From NCBI GenBank assembly GCA_964016885.1, contig OZ024740.1:192820001-192884000 (forward strand): a DNA stretch of 64,000 nucleotides, written 5' to 3'. Below, in pieces: positions 38,601 to 52,450 of the stretch. Made by a program: the position numbers and the translations under genes. Source of the DNA: Eledone cirrhosa. Its lineage: Eukaryota. How positions within the stretch are numbered: position 1 is the stretch's first letter; every line of letters starts with the position of its first letter. The notes under the pieces were generated by a model. That model saw only the letters and a program-made list of their open reading frames with translations. It ran no database searches and was not told where the DNA came from.

Positions 38601-39206
38601 AACATATCATGTTCTATCAACAAGTGGCTGAAAAGTTTCCTGATTAACAAAATAATTTTTAGATGAAATTAGCATTTTTATGTGTTGGAGCATGTTTAGA
38701 TTTTGAAGTATGGCATTTTTTTTGTGTCAAAGTTATCAATACTCATAGTGTATTAAATGACATTTCATACAAAATTTGTTTATTGTTTCAATGAACATAT
38801 AATGCATACACATGATTAATTCATACATAATTAATTTTAATCTTATTTTTATATCAAACATTTGAGTAGGCAGACATATATTTAGTCAATATATATTATG
38901 CAAGTTTTTTCTTTTTTAAGTGTTGGGAATATGATTTCTTCTTGGCAGCTTAGTCAATATTAATGTGATATAACACCCAACAACAGTCAGCCATCAAGCT
39001 TTAAATAGCATAGCATTTGGTTCATGATTCCATTGCATAAATATCCTGATGGAATCATCCTTTTTACATTACAAGGAAAGATTGTCTAAAAATAGATTTA
39101 GATGAGAACGTAGAATGTGACATCTAACATTCTATTACTCCACAGGCCTCAAGGAGATTTGCAAATCCATATCTATATATATGGTGTTTATTATTATCCA
39201 GAAAGA

Positions 39207-39393
39207 GGGCACTGGATTCGCACTACTAATAGAACATTGAACAACATGATTTGTAGCTTATAGTTATGTCCCTTTACATTCTGAGTTTTAAGAGCTTCAA
39301 TAATATAAAGTACCAGTAATGTGGTGATATAATTAACCCCCACCCCCGCCCATAAAAATTGTTGACCTTGTGCCTAAATCAGAAACCATTATT
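39207..39393 (+). mobile_element. SINE family A, diverged
   Basis: AAAGTACCAGTAAT and GACCTTGTGCCTAAATCAGAAACCATTATT. Confidence 0.6.
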
Positions 39394-39699
39394 ACCCAGA
39401 AAGGTGTTGGATTTCAATCTGAAAAGCTTCATAAGTCCAGTACATTGACAGAGTGTTCAAATTCAATATTTTTTAAAGACGTCTCTTAACTCACATTTGT
39501 GAATTTGTTTATAATTGTTCTGAATTTATCTTTAATTGACTTTACTCATTGCTTTACCAGTTTTGATTTTCGTTTCAATGTTTCATTAAAAGTTTTATAT
39601 AGAGTACTGGTAGAAATAATTTGTTGAGCTAGACTAAAGTTAAGATGATATGTTGAGATTATTGGTCAGTCACAATTAATATGGCAATCCACGTTACCA

Positions 39700-40330
39700 T
39701 GTCTCACAGGCATAAAAAAACATTGCTGTGTATACCCTATAGTAGGCCAATAACTTGAATCCACAGAGATTCCGTTAATGAATATGGTAATAAAAAATAT
39801 CAAGGACTATATATTTTAGGTGTGTAAAGTGGACTATTGGAAAGCATAGCTTTCTGTGGTATGTGCTATGTTGTTTTTTGTTAAGTTTCAAATGAACAGG
39901 TGCCAATAAGATGCTACACAAGACAAGTGTGTGAAGAGTTTGTTGGAATATCAGAGTAAACTAAATACGTATGAAATGAAATGTTACTTTTGATAGCAAG
40001 TGCTCGTTGGTTTTGCCACCAATATATAACCAGTGATTCTTTTCTAAGACATTATAACCACATCCATAGTATCAGAGCAGTGATCTCTCAATTCAGAAAA
40101 GTAGAGGTTCAACCTGGAATGATTCTCTGGACATATTTAACAGGCAAAACCAACCAGTAGGAAAGCCAGGACTAGACCCCGAGCAAGATGGTTTGATAAC
40201 ATCCATGAGCTCAGTTGGTCTCGCTTGGGGATCCAGCCAGATTAATTGGAGACGACTGCTTCTGCCATGACCATGCTGAAAGAAATGTTTGAGAACTCCT
40301 ACCCAGCAACTCTCCCAGAAATAAGCGAGC
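39700..40330 (+). mobile_element. Decayed RTE LINE C-terminal remnant
   Basis: QAKPTSRKARTRPRARWFDNIHELSWSRLGI. Confidence 0.55.
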
Positions 40331-40854
40331 AAAGAAAAGGAAACCAAAAAGGTAGCAAGTGACTTGCAAATGTTCGTCAAGTGCATTACCTTCCCCTAGT
40401 GTTGAGGTGAGATGCTCTGCTTTCTCTTTAAATTGTAATAGTTCTCTGACAAGATCATTCAAATGTTTTGAAGTAAAGAACTTTGGAATAAAATTATCTC
40501 TGGATATATATTCAGGTACTGTTTAAGGTTCAGTAACTCAGCCAATGCACCCTTAAGATAAATTGCAGATAAATAGTTGTCATACTTCTTTTGGGTTAAA
40601 GAATTTTTATTTTTGTTACTATTATGTCAATGAAGGAAGGTCAGTAGCTTTAACAAATAATGAGAGCAATGGGGAAAAGTATTTCAAAACCAAAAACCTG
40701 GTTCAGATGTTTGAAACAGTGTGGAATCTATTAAAATAGCCAAGGGATGGTGGTGGTATTAGGTTGGACAGTGGGTTAACACTCTAACAATTCTGCCAAT
40801 CCACTGGAATGGAATAATAGCTTTGTTAAATGATGGATAATATAAAGGGTCAAC

Positions 40855-41135
40855 CCTGCATTTCATCCATCCCAAAATAATGAAAGATAAAGTTGACTTT
40901 GGCAGGATTAGAACTTAGTTGAGAAAGCCAGACCAAATACCACAAGGGATTTTATCCTGCACTCCAAACGTTCTGCCAATTTGCCATCAGGTAATTTGTA
41001 ATGTGTGAGCAGTGAATTGGCAGAATCATTAGAACATCAAATAGATTGTTTCGTGGTATTTGTTCTCGCTCTCTGTGCTGTGTGTTCAAACCCCAACAAA
41101 GTCAACTTTGCCTTTCATCCTTTTGAGGTCAATAA
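40855..41135. mobile_element. Two diverged family-A-related SINEs head-to-head
   Basis: Minus copy ~40855-40985 and plus copy ~41008-41135 with GTCAACTTTGCCTTTCATCC. Confidence 0.6.
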
Positions 41136-42047
41136 TGATCTAGTCCTATATTTGAGTCAATTTTTCCTATATATCTTTTTTTCATTTTTTCTCTCTCTTT
41201 CTCCAGAAGAAATCAACTGTATTCAAACCTTGGCAGTGCCAAATAAAATGTCCAATGGTGTCTCTATATCACAATCAGGGGTTAAAGGCCCATGCATACT
41301 TTGTAATGCAAGAGATAATGCAGGTGCCTTGCATATAATAGACACAGCAGGCCGGTGAAGATCTAGAGTAACAACACTCGCTATTTAGCCATAATAAAAT
41401 GAATTTTTAAACTCTTCTTCGGTATTGAGTACTATTTTCTCACACTTGTCAACTACATATGGTTATATATACCTATTAAAAACAACATCTATTAGTCTAT
41501 GTATCTACCTATATGTCTATATATCTGTCTGACTAGCTCTAACTATCTCTTTATATATATATATTTACCAATGTATCTATCTTCAGACAAAAACAACAAT
41601 AACAACATCAGAACATGAATCCCAATATCAGTTTAAAGAGAGATAGATACATAGGAAGAGCAAAGTCATCATATGTTAGTAGATATCATCATCATCACTG
41701 TTTTACATCCATTCTTCCTCGCTAGCATGGATGTTTGTAATGATTAAAGACAACAGCAGAAAAGCAAGAGCTGTTAAAAGGGAAGATGAACTCCTTTGAG
41801 TCAACAGTCTGGTTTAAATAGCCTAACCAAACAACGATTGGCCAAGTGTGATGAGTATGGCTACATCCCTGACATGACCAAAATCAAACAAAACCAGGTG
41901 GAGGTCAACCAGGGAGGGATTCCTCCAGCAGGAGTCAGGTATCCCAGGATGGGATTGAATTGGTATATATCAGCAAACATTTCCTGTTGTGTTTCAATAT
42001 CAGCAAAAACTACCTCTTTACACTTGGTCAAGTTTGTTATTCATCCA

Positions 42048-42263
42048 TTAATCATTTAGCATTTACATTACTCTATATATACTATCATATTTTCATGCTC
42101 AACGCTTTACCTCACATAATCTCGAATCTATGAGATTTTGATATTATTTATTCTGAGAACCATATCTGAACTTTCATGTGAGCAGCTGGTTATGGCCGGT
42201 CTGAACAGAAGAAGGTGAGAATATTCTGGCCTGATACAGCTAGTTTAAATGCTAAAGGGTTGA
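42048..42263. mobile_element. piggyBac-like MITE
   Basis: TTAA-TCATTTAGCATTTAC and GTTTAAATGCTAAAGGG-TTGA form decayed TIRs and TTAA TSD. Confidence 0.55.
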
Positions 42264-42507
42264 AAAAGTGCCAGACAATTATAATCAATTAAAAATATTG
42301 AAGGTTTTGTCCCAGTATCATCGAAAACTAAGATAAAAAACAAATAAAATCATGAAATAATATAATATATATTAGGGTAGTATATATTATGGATAATAGT
42401 ATATCACATGAATATACATTTCTTATAATCAATAAATGCAGGTGAAATCCTAGCTATCTCAGCAAATTTAACTTATATTAGAAACAACAATTTAAGGTTA
42501 GGAAGCT

Positions 42508-42775
42508 AAATAATTTAGTAAAACACTGACATAAACAACAAAGGGTACTGCAATATTGAGGTAAAAATAATACAGAAGGATAAGTTAGAAAACATAACTA
42601 AAAAGACAAAAAAAACTTTGAATTCTGGACACATTAGGAAGGTTAAAGCAATTGCTATCATTTGCCTTTAGATATGTTTTCTAACTTATCCTTCTGTATT
42701 ATTTTTTATATTTTCTTTACTTCAATATTTCAGTACCCTTTGTTGTTTATGTCAGTATATTTTACTAAATCATTT
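42508..42775. repeat. Fold-back element with ~100 bp inverted arms
   Basis: CTGACATAAACAACAAAGGGTACTG..AATAATACAGAAGGATAAGTTAGAAAACATA is mirrored at ~42673-42775. Confidence 0.85.
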
Positions 42776-43163
42776 CTAAAATTATTGGTTGGAATAAAAT
42801 TTAAAAAGTAACAAAAGTTTACCGATCTATCTATACAAATGTATGTGTATGTATGAAAAGAGAGGTGGAAGAGATATGTTGAATAACCTAACCATTCTCT
42901 GATGTTGGCAATTGCCAATAATATTCCATGATTTTTGAAATTTTGCCTGACTTCAATCGAAATAAGTTTTTGTTAATATTTTTCAGGTTTCTTTCTGCAT
43001 ATAGCATCTCATTGAAAGTTTTGGTCATATATTTTATTTTCATAGACTTAAAGAACCTATGTTTGTTAAATTGAAAACACAGAAATATCGATACACAAAT
43101 CCAAGTGTACACACACACATATGAATATATATATATATATATATGTTTATATATATATATACA

Positions 43164-43910
43164 CAGACTGGAGAGAAACGAAGCTTGCATGCTCCGCTGG
43201 ATGTGTAATAGTAATATACGTGAAAGGCAAAGTATAAACGAACTAAGGGAGAAATTAGAAATAAGAGGGATCAGATGTTGTTTACTCGAGAGAAGACTAC
43301 GTTGGTATGGTCACGTGATGCGCATGAAAGACGACAGCTGTATAAAAAAGTGCAGGGCAATAAAAATAGATAGTAGCCACGGAGTAGGCAGACCCAGAAA
43401 AACCTGGGACGACTTGATAAATTCCGACCTCACACACTTACACCTCTCCAAGACAATGTCACTGGACCGAGATCTTTGGCGCTACATAGTAATAGAGAAG
43501 ACCCGCCTTATCTAAGTGCAAAGTGAAACCTACTACATTCAGTAGGCACCTCTAACAAAATACACCCCCGTCCCACTACCCCCACCCCATCCACACCACC
43601 CCTTTCAATGTAAAGTTATGTTGGTACCACAGCATCCAGCCCGAAACAAATGAGGTTGTGTAGGTGTCACGACAAAAATAAACACACAGTCCATGCTGTA
43701 ATGTGGCCGTGTAGGTAACACGGTAAAACCTCCCAGTTCCACACTGTAAATGTGGTTGGTGTTAGGAAGGGCATCCAGCCGTAGAAAACCCGCCAGACAG
43801 TCCTATGCGAGCAAGACAACCACTCATGCCTCGAGTGGGAAAACTCCCGTCCAAACCCATGCGAGCGTGGAATATGGACGTTAAACGATGATGATGATGA
43901 TGATGATGAT
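43164..43910 (+). mobile_element. Young RTE LINE, heavily 5'-truncated
   Basis: RLERNEACMLRWMC..RRLRWYGHVMR..GRPRKTW; nearly identical to 47440-48178; (GAT)n tail inside (TA)n. Confidence 0.95.
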
Positions 43911-43913
43911 ATG

Positions 43914-43947
<34 letters not shown>

Positions 43948-44439
43948 CATATGCACACCCACACACATATATATGTGTGTGTGTGTGTGTGTGTTTGTGT
44001 GTGTGAATAGATATGATTATACATAATATAAAAGAGTGATGTTTGTTGGTTCCTTCATGCAACGAAAACTGACAATCAAAAAGTAAGTACAGCAATCGAA
44101 TAAAAGTATACCCAGGAAGGTTTATTGATACTAATTTTATAACATCAAATAAGAAGAAAAACATCCTGGGTATGCTAATTTAACTGACTGCTATTTCTCG
44201 CTGGTTGGGAATCAACCATAAGGGATTCTCTCTGCATGTCCATTGTCAGTGATGATTGTATTTTGCAATCTCCAATTGAAATTTTGCATCTCCAATTGAA
44301 ATGCTCGTTTACATACATTCACACAGACACACACATGCACATTCACGCATGCACATGCACATGCACACACACACGCACATTTATTTATAATTATCTATAT
44401 CTATATATAATTATCTATATTTATATAATTATCTATATC

Positions 44440-44920
44440 TCTATATAATATAAATAACTGGAATCATCTCCCAGAGGTCACTATTGCTGGAGGCAATCAT
44501 CAAGGAGAAAATGCATTTATTCCCAAGATTCCTGATAACCCTTTCTTCTACCGAGCTGCCATTCAAATTCTCAAAACTTCAGTTCCCAGTAAGAGTCAGT
44601 TTTGCTATGGCCATAAATAAAACTCAGTCTCAGACTTTCAAAGTTGTAGAATTGAATACAAGAGAATTGCTCTTTCCCCATGGACAATTATATGTAGGTT
44701 GTTCATGAGTGTGAACACAGCAAATTCCTCATATACTATGCACAAATGGTAAATCGAAGAATCTGGTGTATCTGGAAGATGTTTTATTGTGTCAGACACG
44801 CACACACCACAGTCTCTCCTCATACTGTAAACCAGACAACACATCCAATACAGTCCTTTTCTTTTGTAGCTGTTTCTCTTATCATCTGTTTACCTGGGTG
44901 AAGCTGGGTTTGTCAACTAG
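44440..44920 (+). mobile_element. Helitron deletion derivative retaining the PIF1-like helicase C-terminus
   Basis: LPFKFSKLQFPVRVSFAMAINKTQSQTF..HGQLYVGCS; TC start, hairpin CCTGGGTGAAGCTGGG then CTAG|T. Confidence 0.85.
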
Positions 44921-45959
44921 TAATCTATATATTACTAAAATTCTGTGATTGCTTGCTTGTTTGCTTGCTTAGCCGAAAGAGTGCATAATAGGAAAATACT
45001 TTGAATGGAAGTTGACCCTGAAATACAAATATTAATGGAATAAAACAAATTTCATGTGAATCGAAACACATGTTCCCGAGATATGGGGTTTTCTGGATAT
45101 CTTATAAATAGAGAGACAGAAGGATAGAGAGAAAGAGATAGCGGTTGTGAGAGAGTAGATTGAAAGAGAGACATAGAAGGAGGGAGAGGAGACAGAGAAG
45201 GAGAATGTATGAGAGAGAGCTGGTGGTGTTATTGTGTATATACATAAGTGAGTTTGTGTCTGTGTATATATATATGTGTGTGTGTGTGTCTATGAGCAGT
45301 GTATATAGATCACAGACACCCACATATATATATACACACCCACATACATATATATATATAAATGTATACAAACACACACACAGTTATATATATAAATACA
45401 CACACGTATATATATGGGCCTTCCAGTTTCATTTCACATTATATACATGTCTGTGTATATTTTAATTATTTAACAGTTATTTTTAAGTGAACTTGATTTT
45501 AAAAAAATATTTTGAAGTGATCATGTCCCAACGGGTCATATTTGGTGAAATATATTACTAAAATCTGTAATTGCTTGCATGCTTGTCTGTAATGTAATAC
45601 AGTCAAAAGGGCCATATGGGGAAAATACTTTGAAAGGAATTGACCCTGAAATGAGTATACAAATAGAAAAAAAACAAGTTTCGCATAAATCAAAGCATGT
45701 GTTCCTGAGATATGGGATTTTCTGTGTACCTTCATAAACAGAGAGAGAGAGAAGGATAGAGAGAAAGAGGTAGTGGTTGTGAGAGAGTATATTGAAAGAA
45801 AGGTATAGAGAGAGGGAGAAGAGACAGAAAAGGAGAATGGAAGAGAGAGAGAGAGAGAGCTGGTGGTGTTGTTGTGTGAGTGTGTGTGTATTTTTATGTG
45901 TGTGTGTCTATGACCAGTGTATATATATCACAGACACCCATTTATATATATATATATAT

Positions 45960-47791
45960 ATGTGTCAAAGAAAACAGTGATATTGTCGGGGAGAAGTGCG
46001 TCCTGAATGATGATGGTGTACTTGCCATCACTGACGCTGATAAGAAGGTAGCTTGGAAGTGTCACTACGAAAGGCTACTAAATGAGGAGAATAATTGGGA
46101 GAAAGACAGTCTCCTCCACATCGAACCAATAGAGGGACCAGCAGTGCAAGTTGAAGGTAGTATAATAAGTAAGGCGATCAAAGACATGAAGACGGGCAAG
46201 GCGGCCGGGCCTTCGGAAATAGTTGCCGAAATGCTGAAAGCATCGGGAACGGTTTGACACACTATGGTCACCCGGATAGTAAACCAAGTCATACAGAATG
46301 GGGTCGTTCCGAAGGACTGGTGCAGCAGCATCATCATTAACTGCTACAATGGTAAAGGTGATGCCCTAGATAGGGGAAACTATAGAGGCATTAAATTAAT
46401 TGACCAGGTCATGAAGGTCACAGAAAAAGTAATAGTGCAACTAATCAGAGAGCGAATTCATCTAGATGAAATGCAGTTCGGGTTTGTGTCAGGTAAAAGT
46501 ACAACAGACACTCTTTTCATTGTACGACAGCTACAGGAGAAGTACCTAGCTAAAAGTAAACCCCTATACTTAGCTTTTGTTGACTTGGAGAAAGCCTTTG
46601 ACAGAGTACCCCGCTCGATTATCTGGTGGGCCCTTAGAAAACTAGGTGTTGATGAATGGCTTGTGAGAGCTATACAAGCCATGTATAAAGAAACAGCCAT
46701 CAAGGTTAGAATTAACAACGAATGTAGTGAAGAGTTTAGCGTAAAAGTTGGTGTTCATCAGGGCTCCGTCCTTAGCCCCCTACTATTTATTATTGCCCTT
46801 CAGGCTATAACAGAGGAGTTCAAGACCGGCTGCCCATGGGAACTCCTATATGCAGATGATCTAACGCTCATAGCTGAATCAATGGCTGAATTAGAGAAGA
46901 AATTCCAAACATGGAAGCATGGCCTAGAATCAAAAGGCCTTAAAGTTAACTTGTTTAAGACTAAAGTTCTAGTTTGTAGGAAGGAAAATAGGGCACCGGT
47001 CCCATTTGGGAAATGGCCATGGTCAGGAGTAGGTAGAAACTCCATTTTATGTCCCAAATGCAAAGTATGGGTACATAAAAGATGTAGTGGGATCACAGGT
47101 AAACTATCTAAGAATATAGATTTTATATGTGGCCGGTGCTCTGGTGCAATAAGTAGCAGGAAGTGCCCACAGAATACTAACTCATTCCATTGCACAGATG
47201 GTTCTATAGAAATAGTGGACAGCTTCCGTTACCTGGGTGATAAAATCAGCAGTGGGGGAGGGTGCTCTGAAAGTACAGTAGCTAGGGTCAGAACAGGATG
47301 GAAAAAGTTCAGAGAGCTTATACCACTATTGGCCGCTAAAGGGTTCTCTCTAAAAATAAAGGCAGGCTGTATGATGCCTGCATACGAACAGCAATGTTAC
47401 ATGGCAGTGAGACCTGGCATTGTGTGCAGAGGATATACGCAGACTGGAGAGAAACGAAGCTTGCATGCTCCGCTGGATGTGTAATAGTAACATACGTGAA
47501 CGGCAAAGCATAAATGTACTAAGGGAGAAATTAGAAATAAGAGGGATCAGATGTTGTTTACTCGAGAGAAGACTACGTTGGTATGGTCACGTGATGCGCA
47601 TGAAAGACGACAGCTGTATCAAAAAGTGCAGGGCAATAAAAATAGATGGTAGCCACGGAGTAGGCAGACCCAGGAAAACCTGGGACGACTTGATAAATTC
47701 CGACCTCACACACTTACACCTCTCCAAGACAATGTCACTGGACCGAGAGCTTTGGCGCTACACAGTAATAGAGAAGACCCGCCTTACCTAA
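45960..47791 (+). pseudogene. RTE reverse transcriptase ORF with inserted PHD finger; one stop and frameshifts
   Basis: QFGF, FVDLEKAFDRVP, GVHQGSVLSPLLF, YADD, KTK, CPKC.VWVHKRC..CGRC, FRYLG. Confidence 0.93.
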
Positions 47792-48178
47792 GTACAAAGT
47801 GAAACCTACTACAGTCAGTAGGCACCTCTAACAAAATACACCCCGTCCCACCACCACCACCCCATCCACACCACACCTTCAATGTAAAGTTATGTTCGTG
47901 TCACAACATCCAGCCCGAAACAAATGAGGTCGTGTAGGTGTCACGACAAAAAAAACACACAGTCCACGCTGTAATGTGGCCATGTAGGCAACACGGTAAA
48001 AACCTCCCAGTTCCAGACTGTAAATGTGGTTGGTGTTAGGAAGGGCATCCAGCCGTAGAAAACCCGCCAGACAGTCCTATGCGAGCAAGACAACCACTCT
48101 TGCCTCAAGTGGGAAAACCCCCATCCAAACCCATGCAAGCGTGGAATATGGACGTTAAACGATGATGATGATGATGAT
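45960..48178 (+). mobile_element. Young RTE LINE, 5'-truncated (no APE domain)
   Basis: Long RT ORF, 3' UTR and (GAT)n tail; flanked by (TA)n. Confidence 0.96.
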
Positions 48179-48367
48179 ATATATATATATTTATATATAT
48201 ACACACACATAAATATACACATACATACACGTATATATCTGTGTATATTTTAATTATCTAAAAATCATTTTCAAGTGAACATGATTTTTTAAAATATTTT
48301 GAAGTGAACATGACCCAATGGGTCATGGGTGGTCTAGTTATATATATAATTTCTCTCTCAATATATA

Positions 48368-48840
48368 TCATCATCATCATTGCTTAACATCTATTTTCCA
48401 TACTATTGTCCTGGAGGCAAGTTGGGTCAGGTGATTGTGACTTGCTCCTACAGAACTATTTCTGGTGTGGTTTCTATGGCTGCATGCCCGTCCTAAAACA
48501 ACCACATTTAATGTGTGTGTTGGTTGCTTGTTGTAGTGACACTTACACAACCGCTTCATAGTGTTGGCTGGGTTCTTTTGAAGTGAAACCTATATTATGA
48601 CCTTACAGTGTGAGCTGGGTGCCTTTAGTCATGACACACACATGACCCATTCACAGTGTGGTCTAGTTGCTTTTTGTCATGACACATACAAGACCAATTT
48701 AGAGTGTGGGCTGAGGTGCTTTCTGTTATGACACCCACACAACCACTTTACAGTGTGGGCTGGATGCTTTTTCTCGTGATACTAAGATGACAAAATTTAC
48801 AGTGTAAGGGTGGTGTGATCAGATGTTGGGGTGTTAGAAA
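48368..48840 (-). mobile_element. RTE-type 3' UTR with ~40 bp tandem units
   Basis: Repeated ACCACTTTACAGTGTGGGCTGGGTGCTTT-like units at ~48540-48810 and (CAT)n tail. Confidence 0.75.
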
Positions 48841-48859
48841 GAGATATAGAAGAAGAATC

Positions 48860-49225
48860 AACCACAGTACAATTTTACTGGTACAATTTTACCGACCTCG
48901 AAAGGATGAATTCTGACCTAAGTAGGATTTGAAATCAGAGATTAGAGAGCCAGAATGAATACCACAAAGCACTCTATTTGACATTCTAATGGCTTTATCA
49001 ATTTGCTGTCATATATATATATACATATATATAGAGAGATGTATATCATTTTAGCATATATTGTGTACCAATCCTGGACTCCTGAAATCCCTCAGAAGTT
49101 AGCTTTGACTTTCATTAAAATGAGTTCAATAAAATGAAGTACCAGAATACACAAGGGTCGATTTAATCGACTTTCTTCTCTCCTCAAATTGTTGGCGGTG
49201 TGCCTAAATCAGAAACCATTATTAA
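48860..49225. mobile_element. Two diverged family-A-related SINE fragments
   Basis: Minus copy ~48860-49010 and plus copy ~49080-49225 with core remnants. Confidence 0.55.
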
Positions 49226-49427
49226 TGGCACAAGTCAACTAGTGTACAATTAATGCTTTTAATATATTTAAAGCTATTAAAGATAGAGTATGTAAAAGTA
49301 AAGCAAGATTTGTGAATCAATTTCTATAAGTATATATCTTTATGATACATATAGTTTTTTGTTAATATAAAATGGATCTTTGTAATTGTTTACATATTTG
49401 TATATTATATTTGTATATATATATATA

Positions 49428-50219
<792 letters not shown>

Positions 50220-51434
50220 TACATTTGTATATTTGCTAGTAAGGAAAGCAGACGTTAACATGAAAATGATCACGATGATGAATCAACAATTATAGGCATG
50301 TATGTATTGCATATATAGACACTCATACATACTAAGTAAAATCTGGCCAGTAAAGGACTTGTCTTATTTTCCACTCAAGATGAAGGATTATAGCACTTGA
50401 CCTACTTCAATCTATGTTACTCATTCTTGAGAATCCTGGATGATGATTCTTTCTAATATATTTCCTGACATTTATAATGCAGTTACTCTATATGTAATGA
50501 AACTCCCAAACAATTCCACATTTTCTAATTTGCAGCATATGTAATGGAAATCACAACATCAGAACTTACTCATAGAATACTATTCAATATTCTAATATAG
50601 AAGAAGCCTTCTTAATTTGATGTAGTAGTAGTTGTCATTGCATACATAGTTGTTGTTACAAAATATCCTTGCGAGGTAGAGAGAATATTTTACTGATCTC
50701 ATAAACTCGATAACAACAGCATCTTTTGATGTACATAAGGTGCATCTTGGAGAGATGACAAGAAGTCACAAAAACAATTATAGAGCTCAAATGTAGCAAG
50801 GTTGCTGGGGAAGACAACTCAGTTTCTTCATATTGCAATAAATGAAGAGATCATAACATTATTTCTTTATTACTCACTGGCTATATTACACTCTAACTAT
50901 ATAGTTCAATACAACTCAAAATATCCAAATTATTACAGTACATTTATTTATCTTTATGAAATTTGCCTTAAATATTTATGGAAGGATAATGTGGAACTAT
51001 CGTTTAGATTTCAGTGTATTGACAATTTCGTGTAGGATTCTAAAGATATGCAAATCAAGCATATTCAAAATCTAACAAATATCTTCATAAAAATGAGAGT
51101 AATTTTTACACAATGAAGTAGTGTAGTAAAAAGTAAGTTACTTGCACTCGGTCATGTAGAAATAGAATAGAGTGAAATAAATAAAGAGCATTTAGTAAAT
51201 GTCAAAGTTCTATGGAAAGAGAGCAGTTATGTAAAGGACTCATTGTAGTAGCAAAATATACAGACTAATTCTTCAGACAAATGTAAAATAAAATACTGTA
51301 GAAATCTCAGATTGTGTCCTCTGCAAACACCCAGTTCAAGATGCACAATATCTTAATGTATTAATGTGAAACTATTTTCTGATAGATCATTGAAAATAAA
51401 TCATTCAACGAAATACATTAACTTTTTCTTGTAG

Positions 51435-51545
51435 GCAAACCTGCAATATTAATGAGCCATATATTCACATAAATGATATAGAAAAGGACATTGAGGAATC
51501 AATAAACAGCCAACATATGAAATTTATACCTAATTTATTCTTCAG
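51435..51545 (+). CDS. Candidate internal coding exon (QTCNINEPYIHINDIEKDIEESINSQHMKFIPNLFF)
   Basis: Acceptor CTTTTTCTTGTAG, 111-nt phase 2-2 open frame in AT-rich DNA, donor CAG|GTAAAT. Confidence 0.45.
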
Positions 51546-52164
51546 GTAAATTCATTGATTCAAACATATTTTCTATCCAATTTCCCCTAACGAATAATAT
51601 TTCACAAAACTACTGAGATTTATTTTAAAGATTTTCCTTGATGCTGTGTACGATCTAATCTTGTTGAAAGAATCTATCATGCTTCTAAACTTAAATTTTG
51701 CAGAATATCGATAAGAAAGTTTGTAGATTACCCGGAGAGAAATAACGATGACACAACAGATCTTTGTGTAAACCATGGTAAATAGGAACAATATACAAAT
51801 AAGTATTTACCTGCTAGATATAACAATAAAATAACATTCTAATATCTTAAAAATGAAAAAGAAAATGTGTAATGCAGTTCTACACAAAATAAAGAAGATA
51901 AAAAAAGATCAGTGCATCTTTGGTTGTAAGTATGCTCAATCATAGACTATACAGAGATGAACTACATCAACAATAATGATGCAAGAATCAAAAGCATGAA
52001 GTGTTGTGGGTTGCAAAATTGTGTAGCAGTGTGAATCGAAATACTGATGCAGCAAAAGCATTCAGAAAGAAAATAGTGCTGTTACATTCACTAACATCAA
52101 TAAGAAAAGGGACAGATAAATATATTCTTCTGAAAATTTGTGGAATGTTGACAATCTGTTATAT

Positions 52165-52450
52165 AATAATAATGAAATAATTGTATACAGTGCTCAGGTG
52201 CACTACAACTCATCAAAGGTGCATGTATAGTGGATAGAATAATGTACAAATATCAGGAAAGTTAACAGTGTGTGAGTCATGAGATACATGTGTGTGTGTG
52301 AATGGAGGAGGATATCAGGTTTAGTGTTAACGAATTTCTTAAATGATGCTAACAACTGATGCAGGTAGTTTGTTCCATGCTTCAGTAACCCTGCGCATGA
52401 AAAAATGTTTCCAAAAGTATTAGATATTGAAGTTGACAGCTGTAGAGTCA
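52165..52450 (-). mobile_element. CR1-like LINE 3' end
   Basis: Minus strand mosaic resembling FF..RV.K.WNKLP..LASFKK; ends in an (ATT)n tail. Confidence 0.5.

Larger units (their letters stand above)
44924..48337 (+). mobile_element. Tandem pair of non-autonomous Helitron units; the second is split by an RTE insertion
   Basis: TATATTACTAAAAT starts at ~44928 and ~45551; unit 2 resumes after 48178 and ends CATGACCC-AAT-GGGTCATG..CTAG|T. Confidence 0.75.
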
